DNA of 64,000 nucleotides, from assembly GCA_951406725.2 (NCBI GenBank), contig OX597833.1, positions 34,844,001-34,908,000 of the forward strand. The letters are read 5' to 3'. Both the position numbers and the translations under genes were made by a program. Positions 28,581 to 42,259 of this stretch are shown here, piece after piece (within the stretch, counting starts at the first letter, position 1; each line of letters begins with the position of its first letter). The notes below the pieces were generated by a model. That model was given only the letters and a program-made list of their open reading frames with translations. It made no database searches and was not told where the DNA came from. The DNA comes from Octopus vulgaris (Eukaryota).

Positions 28581-29264
28581 TATACAAACGACTGGTCCCT
28601 AGACTGTTTATCTGATACCTTGGTCAACGTACTATCCTCCTTCTAATTTTATTTGTGTAAATGCTTTTGTGACTGATTTTCTTCAATTCAGCCCTGACGC
28701 TCAGCGGTCTTCCAGCTACGGTTATCTCGTTTTTTTTCTCATTGTGTGTCCAAAAACTATGTACGAATGCGTTTTCTCATTCCCTTTTCAAAGAAAGTTT
28801 TATGAGATTCGCGGAAGATTTTGTGGCTATTCCTAGAATGTGGGGTCTGTTTAAGTAGTACATAAAATAAAAGAGCTGAAGAGAGAATGTCAACGTAGTC
28901 GTTCCATCTGATAAAAAATAACAGCTTAATCCTTCTTAAGAATATATTGGATAAAGTAATCTGAAAAAATTTGCTTTGAAAAATGAGATGGTGATGGCTA
29001 GAATACATTTGATCAAAGGTTTGTTGACCAGGGAGTATACAACAACAACAACAACAACAAAAAAAAAAAAACTGACATCGAATTATGTATTTAGGGTATC
29101 GAATCAACCAGGGTGTTTTTGGGTATTCAGTCCCGTACTTCGATATATGACAGGCATATGGCTTTGTAGTAAAACTATTCTGCAGCATAAACAAATATTT
29201 TCGTACTCAATACTCTAGAATAAGTATTACTTCTCAGATAGAAAAAAATATACGCCCTCACTAA

Positions 29265-29347
<83 letters not shown>

Positions 29348-29572
29348 TTGTCTTTTGTCTGGTGGGCATTTTGATATGAAAATGCATACAAGGTATGTAT
29401 GTATGTATACACATATACGAGTGAGTATATATATATGAACACTCATATATTATACACACACATACACGCGTATATACTGGCACTCCGTCGCTGATGACAA
29501 CGAGGGTTCCAGTTGATCCGATCAACGGAACAGCCTGCTTGTGAAATTAATGTGCAAGTGGCTGAGCATTTC

Positions 29573-30012
<440 letters not shown>

Positions 30013-30016
30013 TATC

Positions 30017-30177
30017 GGCGCAGGAGTGGGTGTGTGGTAAGTAGCTTGCTTACCAACTACATGGTTCTGGGTTCAGTACCACTGCGTGGCACCTTGGGCA
30101 AGTGTCGTCTACTATAGCCTCAGGTCGACCAAAGCCTTATGAGTGGATTTGGTAGACGGAAACTGAAAGAATCCCGT

Positions 30178-30208
<31 letters not shown>

Positions 30209-30395
30209 GCTTGGGTGTGTATATGTTTGCGTGTCTGTCTCCCCAACATCGCTTGACAACCGATGCTGGTGTGCTTACGTCCCCGTAACTTAGCGGTTCG
30301 GCAAAAATGTCCGATAGAATAAGTACTAGGCTTACAAAGAATAGGTCTTGAGGTCGATTTACTCGACTAAAGGCGGTGCTCCAGCATGGCTGCAT
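30017..30395 (+). mobile_element. SINE family A (tRNA head, CORE-like box, internal microsatellite)
   Basis: GGCGCAGGAGTGG.TGTGTGGTAAG...GGTTCAGT.CCACTGCGTGGCACCTTGGGCAAGTG. Confidence 0.85.
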
Positions 30396-30402
30396 TCAAT
30401 AT

Positions 30403-30476
<74 letters not shown>

Positions 30477-30478
<2 letters not shown>

Positions 30479-30597
30479 CGAAAACAATTGCAGCGTGGAA
30501 GGTGTTTGTAAGCCATTTAAGAAACACACAAAAGCCGTTCGATTCACTTCAACATTTAAGTTTAATTTGTCAAAATATTTTCGTCGCTTTAAGACCG
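30477..30597 (-). mobile_element. Penelope-like terminal-repeat fragment in (AT)n, with the 3' half of a hammerhead motif
   Basis: Near-identical to sequence in 58885-59118; minus strand reads GCGAC-GAAAATATTT-TGACAAA. Confidence 0.65.
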
Positions 30598-30669
30598 TAA
30601 TATATATAACGTATATATATATAATATATATATAGCGTATATATATTATATATAACACATATATATATA

Positions 30670-30706
<37 letters not shown>

Positions 30707-30742
30707 GTGTGTCTATATATAATGCATATATATATATATATG

Positions 30743-30811
<69 letters not shown>

Positions 30812-30826
<15 letters not shown>

Positions 30827-31568
30827 TGAGAATGTGTGTCTGTCTGTCTGTGTGTTTCCCTAAAACTTGAGAACTACACATCCAATTTCATTCAAATTTT
30901 GCACATGCCTTACTTAGGGTCCATGTAGTCTCATGGTCAAAAAAATGTTCAACTTCTTGCCTAGAGCGAGCCCATAGCAATATCATATCTTCTCCACTAT
31001 TTCAGTATTACGTGTTAAAAGTGAAACAAAAACATTTCTCTATTTTATGTCAGATGCTTTCACTTTAACAATAAAAATAATAATAACAATTGAATTATAT
31101 GTAGTAAGTAATAAGTAAAATCAAACTAAAGTATAATATGATCGTAACATAACAAAAGTAAAAAAAGCAATTGGTATAAAATTGCTTCAATGATTTGAAC
31201 TTGAATAAGTGGTTTCACATGAATGGGAATAAATTAAAAATAAAATTAGTGTGCAGAAATGGAATAGTCCAGATAGACAATAAAAAATTAAATTAAAGAA
31301 AAGACTATTGTCTATAAAGTATACAATGTACAGAAAAAAGAAGATTTGAACACCGGGAGGAAATTACAAGAGACGGGCTAACAATTCCAGTCTGTTATAT
31401 ATTTTGAGTATTGTTATCACTAGCGATATCAAGATATAACTTTGTATTTTGTATTTTATGTGTAGATGTATATATATATAAATGTACATGTAATATGTAC
31501 ACATATATATATACACATATATACATGCACTAGCACTATGACCCGGCAACGACGGGTCATAATGCTAG
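30812..31568 (+). mobile_element. Non-autonomous Helitron
   Basis: 5' TATATATAAAACTGAGAATGTGTGTCTGTCTG..., similar to the 5' ends at 2271 and 61085; 3' hairpin GACCCGGCAACGACGGGTC then ...GCTAG|T. Confidence 0.65.
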
Positions 31569-32704
31569 TATATATATATATTTTTATTTTTTTATTAAAA
31601 ACATTTTTTTTTAGTTTCAGCTCAGAGCTGCGGCCATGCTGATGCACCGCCGTTATATATAATATGCACACACACACACACTCACTAATACACAGACCAT
31701 AAATTGCGGTGTACAAATAGACGTTTTAAGCCTGAAAATATGTCTTGAAAGTACAATTCGACTTTACCGAAATAATAAAATGCGACTGATGCCACAGGAT
31801 GGGTACCCAGTGGAACAGTACTCCTAATACTTGTTGTACACCACTTAGCATAACCCAAGCAGATTGACACAAACATTTCCAGCTAAATCTCGTGTTTGGT
31901 GTACAATTTGAACAGATTAACAGAGATTAATATAGATCAGCTATACAAATCCAATTAACAGTTCTGCAGGTGTTGTTCCCAACAATTGATACACTGACTG
32001 TAAACATTGAACGGAATGCCATTGTCAAGCAACCACGGTATGCGTGTCTCTGCACAATATCACGAAAGCAAAATAGATTGTGAATTCACATGAATATATG
32101 CATTTATGGCTAATGGGTATTATAAAAAAATAATACCAGTATTTTCCCATAACATTTGGTTAATGCGCAAGATTTGCATGTTTCATGTATGGCTGATGTA
32201 ATTCTGATTTCAGAGAAAGATTGCCGGGACGGGACGTATACATTACAGTACAAGATGTCATGACAGATTAATGATACATTATGACCGTTTATTAAATATA
32301 TCCACATTGGCATTATAACAGTACTTATATGGTACAACATCTAAAATAAACGTTTCTTGGCAGTTGTTTTACTGGCGATTAAAATCGTAACTCTAAGATA
32401 ATGTACGATAATTTGAAATCATTTAATCGTACATATTTCTTAAATTTACACTCCAAGATCAATTAGGATTTAAAAAATTATTTTCATTTTATCTCTTACT
32501 TGTTTCAGTCATTAGACTGCGGCCATGCTGGATTACCATCTGAAGAGTTTTTGGTCGAATGAATCGACCTCAGTACTTACTTTTTAAAGCTTGGTACTTA
32601 TTCAGTTGTTTTTTGCCGAACCGCTAAGTTACGGGGACGCAAACACAGCAACACCGGTTGTCAAGCGGTGGTGAAACACACACACACACACACACGCGCG
32701 CGCG

Positions 32705-32917
32705 CGAGTGTGTGCTGAAAAGTTCTTGCTTTGGGTAAAACAAAAACAGGAAGATCAGTTAATTATGATTTTATTCAACATATTCCCCTCTCTAATTCAC
32801 ATTTATTGCAGCAATCCTTCAGTTTTTCTAAGACCTGTAAAAGAACTCGGAAGGTTGGGCCTCCAACCAGGCCTTTCGTGATACCCTTAAAACCAGGAAC
32901 TTTTCAGCACCGCTCAG
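32705..32917. mobile_element. Mariner-derived MITE
   Basis: Inverted ends GAG.G.GTGCTGAAAAGTTC and GAACTTTTCAGCACCGCTC. Confidence 0.65.
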
Positions 32918-32932
32918 TGTATGTGTGTGTGT

Positions 32933-32990
<58 letters not shown>

Positions 32991-33060
32991 GACCTCGTGA
33001 GTACCACTGGCGATTTTTTTTCCCTCTGTCTTTCCTTCTCGGGATCTTTCCTTCTCCTAT

Positions 33061-33095
33061 GTTTCCGACGAAGAGCTCCGCTCGAAACGTTAAAC
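33061..33095 (+). ncRNA. Minimal type-I hammerhead ribozyme motif in a Penelope-like terminal repeat (32990-33195)
   Basis: GTTT-CCGACGA-A-GAGC(TCC)GCTC-GAAAC-GTT-AAAC: stem I, core, stem II and palindromic stem III. Confidence 0.75.
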
Positions 33096-33191
33096 CCTCC
33101 TTCTTCCCTTCTTTCCTGAGCGTCCAATAATACTTTATTTGTTCCACGTCCTCGCGTTGCTGTGTTTTTTTGTGTTTTCTTGTTTGGATTA

Positions 33192-33271
<80 letters not shown>

Positions 33272-33969
33272 CATACATACATACAGACATACATGCATAC
33301 ACGACAGGCTTCTTTCTAGAAAATCCACTCAAAGGATTTGGTCAGCCCGAGGCTATAGTAGAAGACATTTGCTCAAGGTGCTACGCAGGTGGGACTGAGC
33401 CCTTTTAAAATCCTTCAAAATCTTTCTTCAACCACTCTTCATCCTTTGATCTAAAGAGATCTACTGCATACGGCTCTGAATAACTGGATCTTCCCAATTC
33501 GTCTTTCTAATACTCACTGTCTTTCTCGTCATCACTTTCTTACATTGTTTTCTTACCCATCTATTATATTTGAGACGCTACCGTTTTTGAAACACTTCAT
33601 GACAGTTCCTTCACGAACACCGTCCCAAGATTTTACCACACAAATTGCGCAACATATCAAATAGTGAAGCACTTTTCGTGAATATCTCTACAACCTTGGT
33701 GAACATCTTTTCTCCGTCTAGCATTCATTTATACCACTCTAAACAAGTATTGTATTTAAAAGGTTCATTTAGGTTGATATGCAGAGGGTAAAACACAGTC
33801 GTTAATCTTTCTAGAACTATTGCTGTTACAGTATTGCTTCCTTATAGTCTTTTCTTAACATTATCTGTTAAATGAACTCTAAACGTGCCCCACATTAACA
33901 AATTCCCTTCCTTTCATAAACCACCTGGGTGCCTATTTTATGAATTTTGAATATATAAACATTTATTCA

Positions 33970-34540
33970 CAGGTGTGGCTGTGTGGTAAGAAGTTTGCTT
34001 CCCAGAGAAGCAAAAGTCGGCGGGCGCTTTCGTCTTCTCCCATCCTTATCATCCTTGTATCATTATCATTCATCTCATTAATGTTCGTATCAAGCCCGCA
34101 AGCTTCCTTACTCTATGTACTGCCTTTATGGCAAATTTAATAAAATAAAGAAGCTTGCTTCCCAACCACATGGTTCCGGATTCAGTCCTACTGCGTGGCA
34201 CCTTGGGCAAGTGTCTTCTACAACAATCTCGGGCCGACTAAAACCTTGTGAATGGATTTGATTGACAGAAACTGAAAAAAACCCGTTGTATTAATATATG
34301 TATATATCTATGTGTGTGTGTGTGTGTCTTTGTGTCTGTGTTTGTCCTCCCATCACTGCTTAACAACCGATGTTGGTGCATTTACATCCGCGTAACTTAG
34401 CAGCTCGGCCAAAGACCGATGGAATAAGTAATAGGCTTACAAAGAATAAGTCCTGGGTTCTATTTGTTTGACTAAAGCCCTTAAAGGCGGAGCTCCAGCA
34501 TGACCGCAGTCAAATGGCTGAAACAAGTAAAATAAAAGAA
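33970..34540 (+). mobile_element. SINE family A, interrupted near the head
   Basis: Head at 33970, an insertion of about 140 bp, then the SINE resumes at 34150; tail ...GAAACAAGTAAAATAAAAG. Confidence 0.8.
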
Positions 34541-34829
34541 TACTTCAGCTTTATTCATCCAACCGTTCTTATGAATGTGGAAAGAGGGAATTTCATATTT
34601 GGTATCGCTTTTTGCTTAAATACAACCATTGCTTCTAATTTAGTTCCGTCGGCAAGTCATCGTAACAAGACCGTGAAGTTAATCTTTTTATGGTCTCTAC
34701 TTTTTATTAGAATAGGTTTCTTAAAAAAGCAGTTTTGCTCCAAATCAAAAAGGAAGATGTTTCATTTAAATTACCATTCTGACACTGAGAGTAGTGTCGT
34801 CTTTAGGCATGAGCACAGTGGATAGTTAC

Positions 34830-35115
34830 CCGAGGTTCCCGTGGGTTTTGGATATCCAAATCTGACCTATATATGCTGTGGTTTGCTGTCAATGAATAAA
34901 TACCACTGGGCCGAGAGCACTAATGATGCTGCTAAGAGGGTATTCGTGTTGCTTTCGCAGTCCATCAACATGTGCGGAAATACGTAATTTTTTTTCTTCG
35001 AGTTCTATAGACCTTTGAGGTCTACATAAATTGTAGTCGTCTGCTACAACACAAAAATCATTTCCCTTCATAAAGTTCGCAGTAGCTTTAAAATCTTTAC
35101 TTTTTATCCCCTCCA
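34830..35115 (-). mobile_element. Penelope-like RT N-terminal remnant
   Basis: AHVDGLRKQHEYPLSSIISALGP resembles the Penelope motif YGLPK.HK..PLRPIISA.G. Confidence 0.5.
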
Positions 35116-35164
35116 CCTATTGCATACATACATACATACATACATACATACATACATACATACA

Positions 35165-35195
<31 letters not shown>

Positions 35196-35514
35196 GTGTT
35201 AAATACATATATATATATATACTCGTATTTGTACGACTGTATGTCTATGGTGTGTATATGAATTTTTCATTTAAGATTGGTTTACCCTACTGAAGATTGG
35301 AACGCGTTTTTAATATCGCAAAACATGAAATCTTAAGGTACATGGTGGTCCACAATATTTTATAAATCCTTTCTGTCCGTTTTCCTCGCATACAACCTTG
35401 TGGTAACGGAGTAGTAACTTAAGTGGTTTGTAGTAAATTTGGCGTCTATTTCTAGCGTGTAGGCGTTGTCAATTCAGCGCCCTTTATTATAATTATATTT
35501 TATTTTATAATTAT

Positions 35515-35515
35515 G

Positions 35516-35575
<60 letters not shown>

Positions 35576-35750
35576 CATATATATATATGCATATATATAT
35601 ATGTATATAATGTATATATACATACATATACATACACACACATATTTATATATATATATATACAAACACACATATATATACATACATATATATATATATA
35701 TACACACACACATATATACATATATATATACATACACACACATACACATG

Positions 35751-35810
<60 letters not shown>

Positions 35811-36088
35811 TGTATACATATAAACACACATATATATACATATATACATTTATATATATACATATATACACACATATATATATACATATATACATATATA
35901 CACACGTGTATATATATATATATACATATATACACATATATATATATGCATATATATATATATATATAACACACGTATATATATACATATATACATATAT
36001 ACACATATATATATATATGCATATATAAATATATACATATATACATATATACACACGTATATATATATATATATATACATATATACAC

Positions 36089-36119
<31 letters not shown>

Positions 36120-36203
36120 CACATACATATATATAAATATATATATACATATATATATACATATATATACATATATATATACACATATATATATATATAC
36201 ATT

Positions 36204-36235
<32 letters not shown>

Positions 36236-36236
36236 T
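35515..36236. repeat. Long degenerate (TA)/(CA) microsatellite
   Basis: Direct reading. Confidence 0.95.
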
Positions 36237-36309
36237 CGCCATGTTGATTCGTTAGCTACTGCACGCATTTTTTTCTCTCCTTCTTTCTGTGTTTTTTTCT
36301 CTCTGTGTA

Positions 36310-36347
36310 TCTTTCTGTTGAAGAGCGTAGGCTCGAAACGTTAAAGA
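36310..36347 (+). ncRNA. Minimal type-I hammerhead ribozyme motif in a Penelope-like terminal repeat (36237-36445)
   Basis: TCTTT-CTGTTGA-A-GAGC(GTAG)GCTC-GAAAC-GTT-AAAGA. Confidence 0.75.
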
Positions 36348-37049
36348 CTTGTTTTATTTATATTTCCTGAGTGCCATACTAATACAATTGTTCGTTTGTT
36401 TTCCACCTGCCTTCGTCTTTTGTCTATTTTCATAAAGCTTCCCGTTATATATATATATATACACACATATATATATACACGCTTAAGTATATACGTACGT
36501 ACACATATACATACATAAATACACACATACACACGTACATAAATGTATGCATGTGTCCTGGGTATGACTTTAAACTGCATCCATTAGTGGGGCATTGGTT
36601 CGGGAGTTCCAAGGTTTTGAGATGTGTGGAACCCTCTCGTAAGCACCATTTCCAGATCTATTCTGGCCTGGAGTGTCCCAGCTATGGATTAATTAGCATG
36701 TCACCGAATTACCTCTGGGAGAAGTTCACTCCCAGGCATCCCAACAGACCCAAGATAGATGAATGAAGCCCTTCAGCTTTTTAGCTGTTCATCTAAGAGA
36801 AGGTAACTCTATACAAATCCTACATTCTGATAACTACTGGGCTCGTGGAACTTGCATCCGGCCAATACAAATTTGAAGGATGAGAGAGTGACACTGACTC
36901 CACACAAGCATGCCACTATAATAATAAATCCCTGCTTCTTTGAGGAGTAATTCATTCAGAGTTAAAAAAAAAACCCCAAAAACTAAGGGAATAAACTCAC
37001 CAACAGAAATTCCAGAGGTTTTACTTAACCAATGTCTGATATCTTCGTA

Positions 37050-37265
37050 TAGGGCAGCGAGATGGCAGAATCGTTACCGCACCGGAAAAAAGATGCTTAA
37101 CAGCATTTCTTCTGACTTTGCGTTTGAGTTCAAATGCTACCTGAGGTCGACTTTGCTTTTCATCCTTTGGGGATCAATAAGATAATTACCAGTCGAGCAC
37201 TAGGGTCGATGTAACTGATTTACCCCTCCCCTGAAATTGCTGACCTTGTACCATAATTTGAAAGC
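37050..37265 (+). mobile_element. SINE family B
   Basis: Head and central domain. Confidence 0.8.
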
Positions 37266-37469
37266 AATACCTACCATCCCCAAATGTATTGACTTGCCTT
37301 TCATTCGTGGTGTTTCCATGAGTGGAGAGGTGGCTTGTATGCTTGGGGCAAGGCATTTGCTTCTGCAAATAACTCAGGTACACAGAGGAATTTAAGTAAC
37401 TGTCTCTGCAGTACGGTCGACAAAAGGCGAAAAAGGTGAACCATACACACACACACACACACACACACA

Positions 37470-37507
<38 letters not shown>

Positions 37508-37522
37508 TACATACATACATAT

Positions 37523-37870
37523 ATACACTTTCAGGTCCATGCCCTTTATTATTGGAGCAACAGGATACATACCAACCCATCTGAACTTGGGGAAAGTGCA
37601 AATCCTAAATCCATCCATCCATCCATACACTTTCAAGTTGATACCCTTTATTATTGGAGCAACAGGATATATACCAACCCGTTTCAAATTGGGGGGAAAA
37701 TGCAAATCCTCAATCCATATGATCATGATATCTAGGACTATAAGAATCTACACGACATTCCTAAGATGTAAAGGATGGTTAGAAGATACATTCTTTCACA
37801 ATTTTGCTACCAAGTACATGACCGGTCAAAATTTACCTTAAATGAAAAAGAGAAGGAAAGGAACAAACAT
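37523..37870 (+). mobile_element. R4/Dong-like 3' fragment with internal tandem duplication of about 102 bp
   Basis: PFIIGATGYIPT occurs twice and is homologous to ILIIIGVLSYIPT of the 17158 copy; TACA repeats on both sides. Confidence 0.65.
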
Positions 37871-38038
37871 ACATACGTTAAATATATACATGCAAATACA
37901 TACATATTTTCATACACATATACACACATACTATATACACATTATATATATATATACGGAATTGATGTTATTTTGCGGTTAAAGCTTTTGGCTGTTATTT
38001 CTAGTGGGTGAATGGCCTATTATGGCCGTTCATTGATT

Positions 38039-38073
<35 letters not shown>

Positions 38074-38355
38074 GCAGAGTAGCCGAAACAGGGACAACTG
38101 AAGAAGGGGAATATTCCTTGTATTGTATGTCTTGTGCTCTGTTTTTTCGTTCTTTGAAAAAAGTCCGTTTCCATGCTTTTGTTTTTATGTTTTTGTTTCT
38201 CATTGTGTTCAACGTTTTTTTTGTGTCCTGTACCCATATATGCATGTATATATACATATAGATGTATGTATATATGTACATTACATATATGTATGTATAT
38301 ATGTACATTACATATATGTATGTATATATGCATATGTTTATATATTATTTTGTTA

Positions 38356-38421
<66 letters not shown>

Positions 38422-38496
38422 TTTCCTGAGCATCCAATAATACTATATTTGTTCCACGTCCTCGCGTTGTGTTTTTTTGTGCTTTCTTGTTTGGAT

Positions 38497-38540
<44 letters not shown>

Positions 38541-39258
38541 CATAGTTTAGTGGTTAGGGTGTGGCGAGATCGTGGTTTCGCTTCCCAGAGCGGGCGGTGC
38601 GTTGTATTCTTGAGCAAAACACTTCATTTCATGTTGCTCTGCGATTATTTCATCATTTCCACATCTGACACTTGGCACACCAAGTACCTGTACAGACAAT
38701 GTTGACCTGATGGAGGGAGTAAGCTTCTGTGAGCACAAACATTTGGTCACTACAAAAAAAGTTTGGTTGTTCAGCAAGAAATTGCAGAGCTCTCGGGAGG
38801 GGGTTAGGTTATAAAAATAGTATTTGAGACTGATACTTTTATAATAATGAAGATGATCATTAGTGCTGGCACTAGGTCAAGACTTTTGGCGGGAGAGTAC
38901 AATAGATTTCATGATACCAATAATGATTGGAACTTATTTTACTGACGCAGGAAAGTTGGTTGTGAGTCTATGTGTCGGGTAGTCAATCCTATCATTACAT
39001 TATAATAATTGTTTCTAATAAGGGTAGGAATTTGGTGGAAAGAGGTAAGTCAAACTGATCTGAGATCTTGTTATGTGCTTCCTTTTATCGACCCTGGAGG
39101 ACTGAAAAGCAAACCTGGTCATGGTAGGGTTTGAACTCAGAACGTTAAGACCCAGAAAAATAACTACGGGGCATTTTGAAACTTGAACGATTCTGTTAGT
39201 CTTCAATGATAATAATATTTGTCGTCAGCACAAGTACAGAAATTCAGAAGGGGTTAAT

Positions 39259-39519
39259 CTGTTGGTTCTCAACCATTTTTTGCCTATGGACCCTTTTGAT
39301 TTCTATTTCATTTGGATGGATCCTCACAGCAAATTCGATGTTTTAAAAAATCTTATTATATTTTTATAATTAAATATTATTACAAATTGTATTAAAAAAA
39401 TTAAGAGATTTTGTATATTTTAAAACTATAAGCGATTTATCGTAGATAAATTTTAACAACAAAATCTTATATGGACCCCTCCCTCTCACGGGTCATATGG
39501 ACCCCAGTCGAGACCACTG
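39259..39519. mobile_element. hAT/Charlie-type MITE
   Basis: Ends ..TGGTTCTCAAC and GTCGAGACCACTG, with ATGGACCC subterminal repeats. Confidence 0.6.
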
Positions 39520-39959
39520 GGTCAGTTGACTGAATCGACCCCCAAAGCGACGAGCAGGAAGAATCGTTAGCACGCTTAGCGACATTTCTTCCATCTAAAC
39601 GTTCTGGGTTCAAATTCCGCTAAGGTTGACTTTGCCTTTCATCCTTTCGCGATCCATAAAATAAAAACCAGTTCAGCTTTGTGGGGGTCGATGTAATCAA
39701 CAAGTCTCCTCCATGATTTCAGTTCCTTTGCCTTTTAGTAGAACTAGCTATATCGACCCTAGTACTTGGCATGTACTTTATTTTGTCAACCCTGGAATGA
39801 TGAAAGGCAGAGATAAACCTTTGTGAAATTTGAACTAGAGAATAGAGATTAATTAAATACTGCAAGACATTTGCCCGCTTCTCTATCGATTCTACCAATT
39901 CACAAATTCTCTAGCGCAAAATGTAATACAAAAAATTACGTGTTACTTCATGCTGTTGT

Positions 39960-40790
39960 TCTTGTTCCCATTTTTGTTGTTGTTTAGTCCTTAGACAGCC
40001 TTATCGAGAAGATCTGTGATCAAAGGCGTTCTGGTCGTGACTATCCCATCCATTCCATCATTTTTCTTGTGTGCAAGAAACCCAGTTTCACGTTATCCAA
40101 CGTACTCTTTTTTCTAGAGAGTAAAGTGGGATTTGAGGGATATTTAGTTGCTATTTCTGCGTCCTTGTTGGTGTTTACCTCATGTATATGTGTGTGATAT
40201 ATTTGGGAGTGTACTACCCTACGTTGAATAAATATCCACAGTTAGTAACAGTGGAAGTGGTAGGGCAGTAGGAGGAGGAAAGCGTGTCACATGAACGCCT
40301 ACTCATTTAATAATCGGCTTCGAAAATAACGCTACACTGTTGTTGTTTAACCCCAGGTCAGCCATGTTCAAGCAAACCTCGGATTAAGGCGTTCCTACCG
40401 TGACCATCCTGTTTATTATTTAAACATAGTGTATCCAAGATTACATTATCTAATGTGATTTCCAGTTTAGAACGACATAATATAAATGAAAGGAGATTTA
40501 GCTGTTAGTTCTAGCAGTTCATGTGACCAGGATACGAACTTCCTCATTGGTTTGTCGAAATAATGTTGATGCTGGTGTGTAGCACCAGGTCAGCTGCTAA
40601 CGAGCAAACGTATAATCAAAGATATTTCATCCGTGACTGTCTTGTCTCTCTATTCGGACATAGTGCAATCTGACCTATAAATTTACAACGTATCCTTCAC
40701 CTGTTTAAGACGGCGAAGTGAGATTTGAGGAAGGTTTGGCAGCTATTTCTAGCAGGTCCGGTGACCGCGCAGACGATCCCTTGGTGTTGT
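39960..40790 (+). repeat. Three diverged, closely spaced copies of a dispersed repeat of about 200-230 bp
   Basis: Each copy reads GTTGTTTA.CCC.AGGTCAGC...ATCAAAGG..TTC..CCGTGAC...GCT.TTTCTAGC; related pieces at 9130-9330, 28960-29160 and 43195-43290. Confidence 0.6.
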
Positions 40791-41329
40791 TTTCATTGGT
40801 GGAAAATAAAGAACCCCTACCATTACTTTTTCGTTCTCCTTCTCTCTCTGTGTCTTTGTAGGTGTGTGTGCGTGTGTGTTAAGAAAGGTGGAACATCATC
40901 ATATAGAAGAAGACTCTAAGCCAGACGACTACAGCAGCAGTCGCAATCGGCATCAGGCAACAAATCAGGTGCCTCCAAACGGAGAGAAAGGGAGGTCTCC
41001 AATGATTTAGGAGATTCCTGGGGAAACACTGGCTGACGCTTTGAATTGTGGGTGGCGTTAATACAGTAGTAGTAGTAGTGATGGCTGTGGTTTTTGTTTT
41101 ATTTTTTTTGTCTGCTGTTCCAGTGTAGCGGTCGTAGTGATGATGCAGTGTGGTGATATTGCTGTGGTGGTGGAGGCGACGGAGTTGTTGATGGTGGTTG
41201 TGATTGATCTGGTGGTAATAATGGTAGAGATATCGATGTGACCGTTGTTGTTCTTGTTGTTATTGTAGTTTGGTATTTTGTAGTGTGATGATGGTGTAGA
41301 GGTAATCTTTATAATCTATTCTGTTAATC

Positions 41330-41721
41330 TTTTATTTGTTTCAGTCATTAGACTGCGGCTATGCTGGGGCATCAGACTGCGGAATTTTTAGTCGAACTAA
41401 ATCGATCCCAGTATTTTTTCTATTTTTTTTTTTGAAGCTTGGCACTTATTCTATCGGTCTATTTTGCCGAACCGCTAAGTTACGGGAGACGTAAACGCAG
41501 CAACATCGGTTGTCAAGGTGGGTGATCAGGGACGCACACACATACACACACACACGCACACACACACGAAACGGGCTTCTTTCAGTTTCCGTCTACCAAA
41601 TCCACTCACAAGGCTTTAGTCGGCCCGAGGCTTTAGTAGAAGACGCTTGCTCAAGGTGCCACGCAGTGAGACTGAACCCAGGATCACGTATACATACTTG
41701 TTTTGCACATCTCTGCTTACT

Positions 41722-41765
<44 letters not shown>

Positions 41766-41890
41766 CATACACACGACGAGCTTCTTTTAGTTTCCGTCGA
41801 CCAAATCCACACTATCAAGGCGTTGGTCGGTCTGAAGCTATAGCAGAAGACACTTGTCCAAGGTGCCATGCAATGGGACTGAACCCGGAT
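41330..41890 (-). mobile_element. SINE family A with duplicated body segment
   Basis: The CTTCTTTCAGTTTCCGTC...ACTGAACCC block occurs twice. Confidence 0.8.
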
Positions 41891-42259
41891 GATTTTGTGG
41901 TTTTACTAATAGTAGAATTATTGCTGATGTGGTGGTTGCAGTGGTGAAATGGTTGCGGTGGTAACACGATTGATATCGTGTAGATGTTGTAATTGGTTGT
42001 AATTTCCTAGTGGTTGTTATATCACTGTAGTGGTTGTTGCAACGGGATGATTTATTGTAGTGTCGGTGTAGCGGTGGTAGTGGTGCTGGTGTCGTGATAA
42101 TGGGTTGTGTCGACAGTATTAGGGTTGAGATATGATTGGTTGTACTAAAGCAGCCGTTGTTGTTGTGGTGCTTGTAGTCAGGAGGAAGTGGTAATGGTGG
42201 TGAGATTTGATTGGTTAGTTTAATGTGTGGCTGCTACAGCAGCAAAAACAGCAACAGTG

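Noticed and set aside
31900-32340. Gypsy integrase-like words on the minus strand (LDNGIPF, TTPAELLIG)
   Set aside because: Only short fragments; needs a profile search.
35283-35340. Hammerhead-like CTGAAGA...GAAATCTT
   Set aside because: Stem II and stem III are largely broken; counted only as weak support and not called as a feature.
35474-36242. Long ORFs of up to 242 aa (YI/CV/HT-rich) here and at other microsatellites
   Set aside because: These are translations of stop-free dinucleotide and tetranucleotide repeats, not genes.
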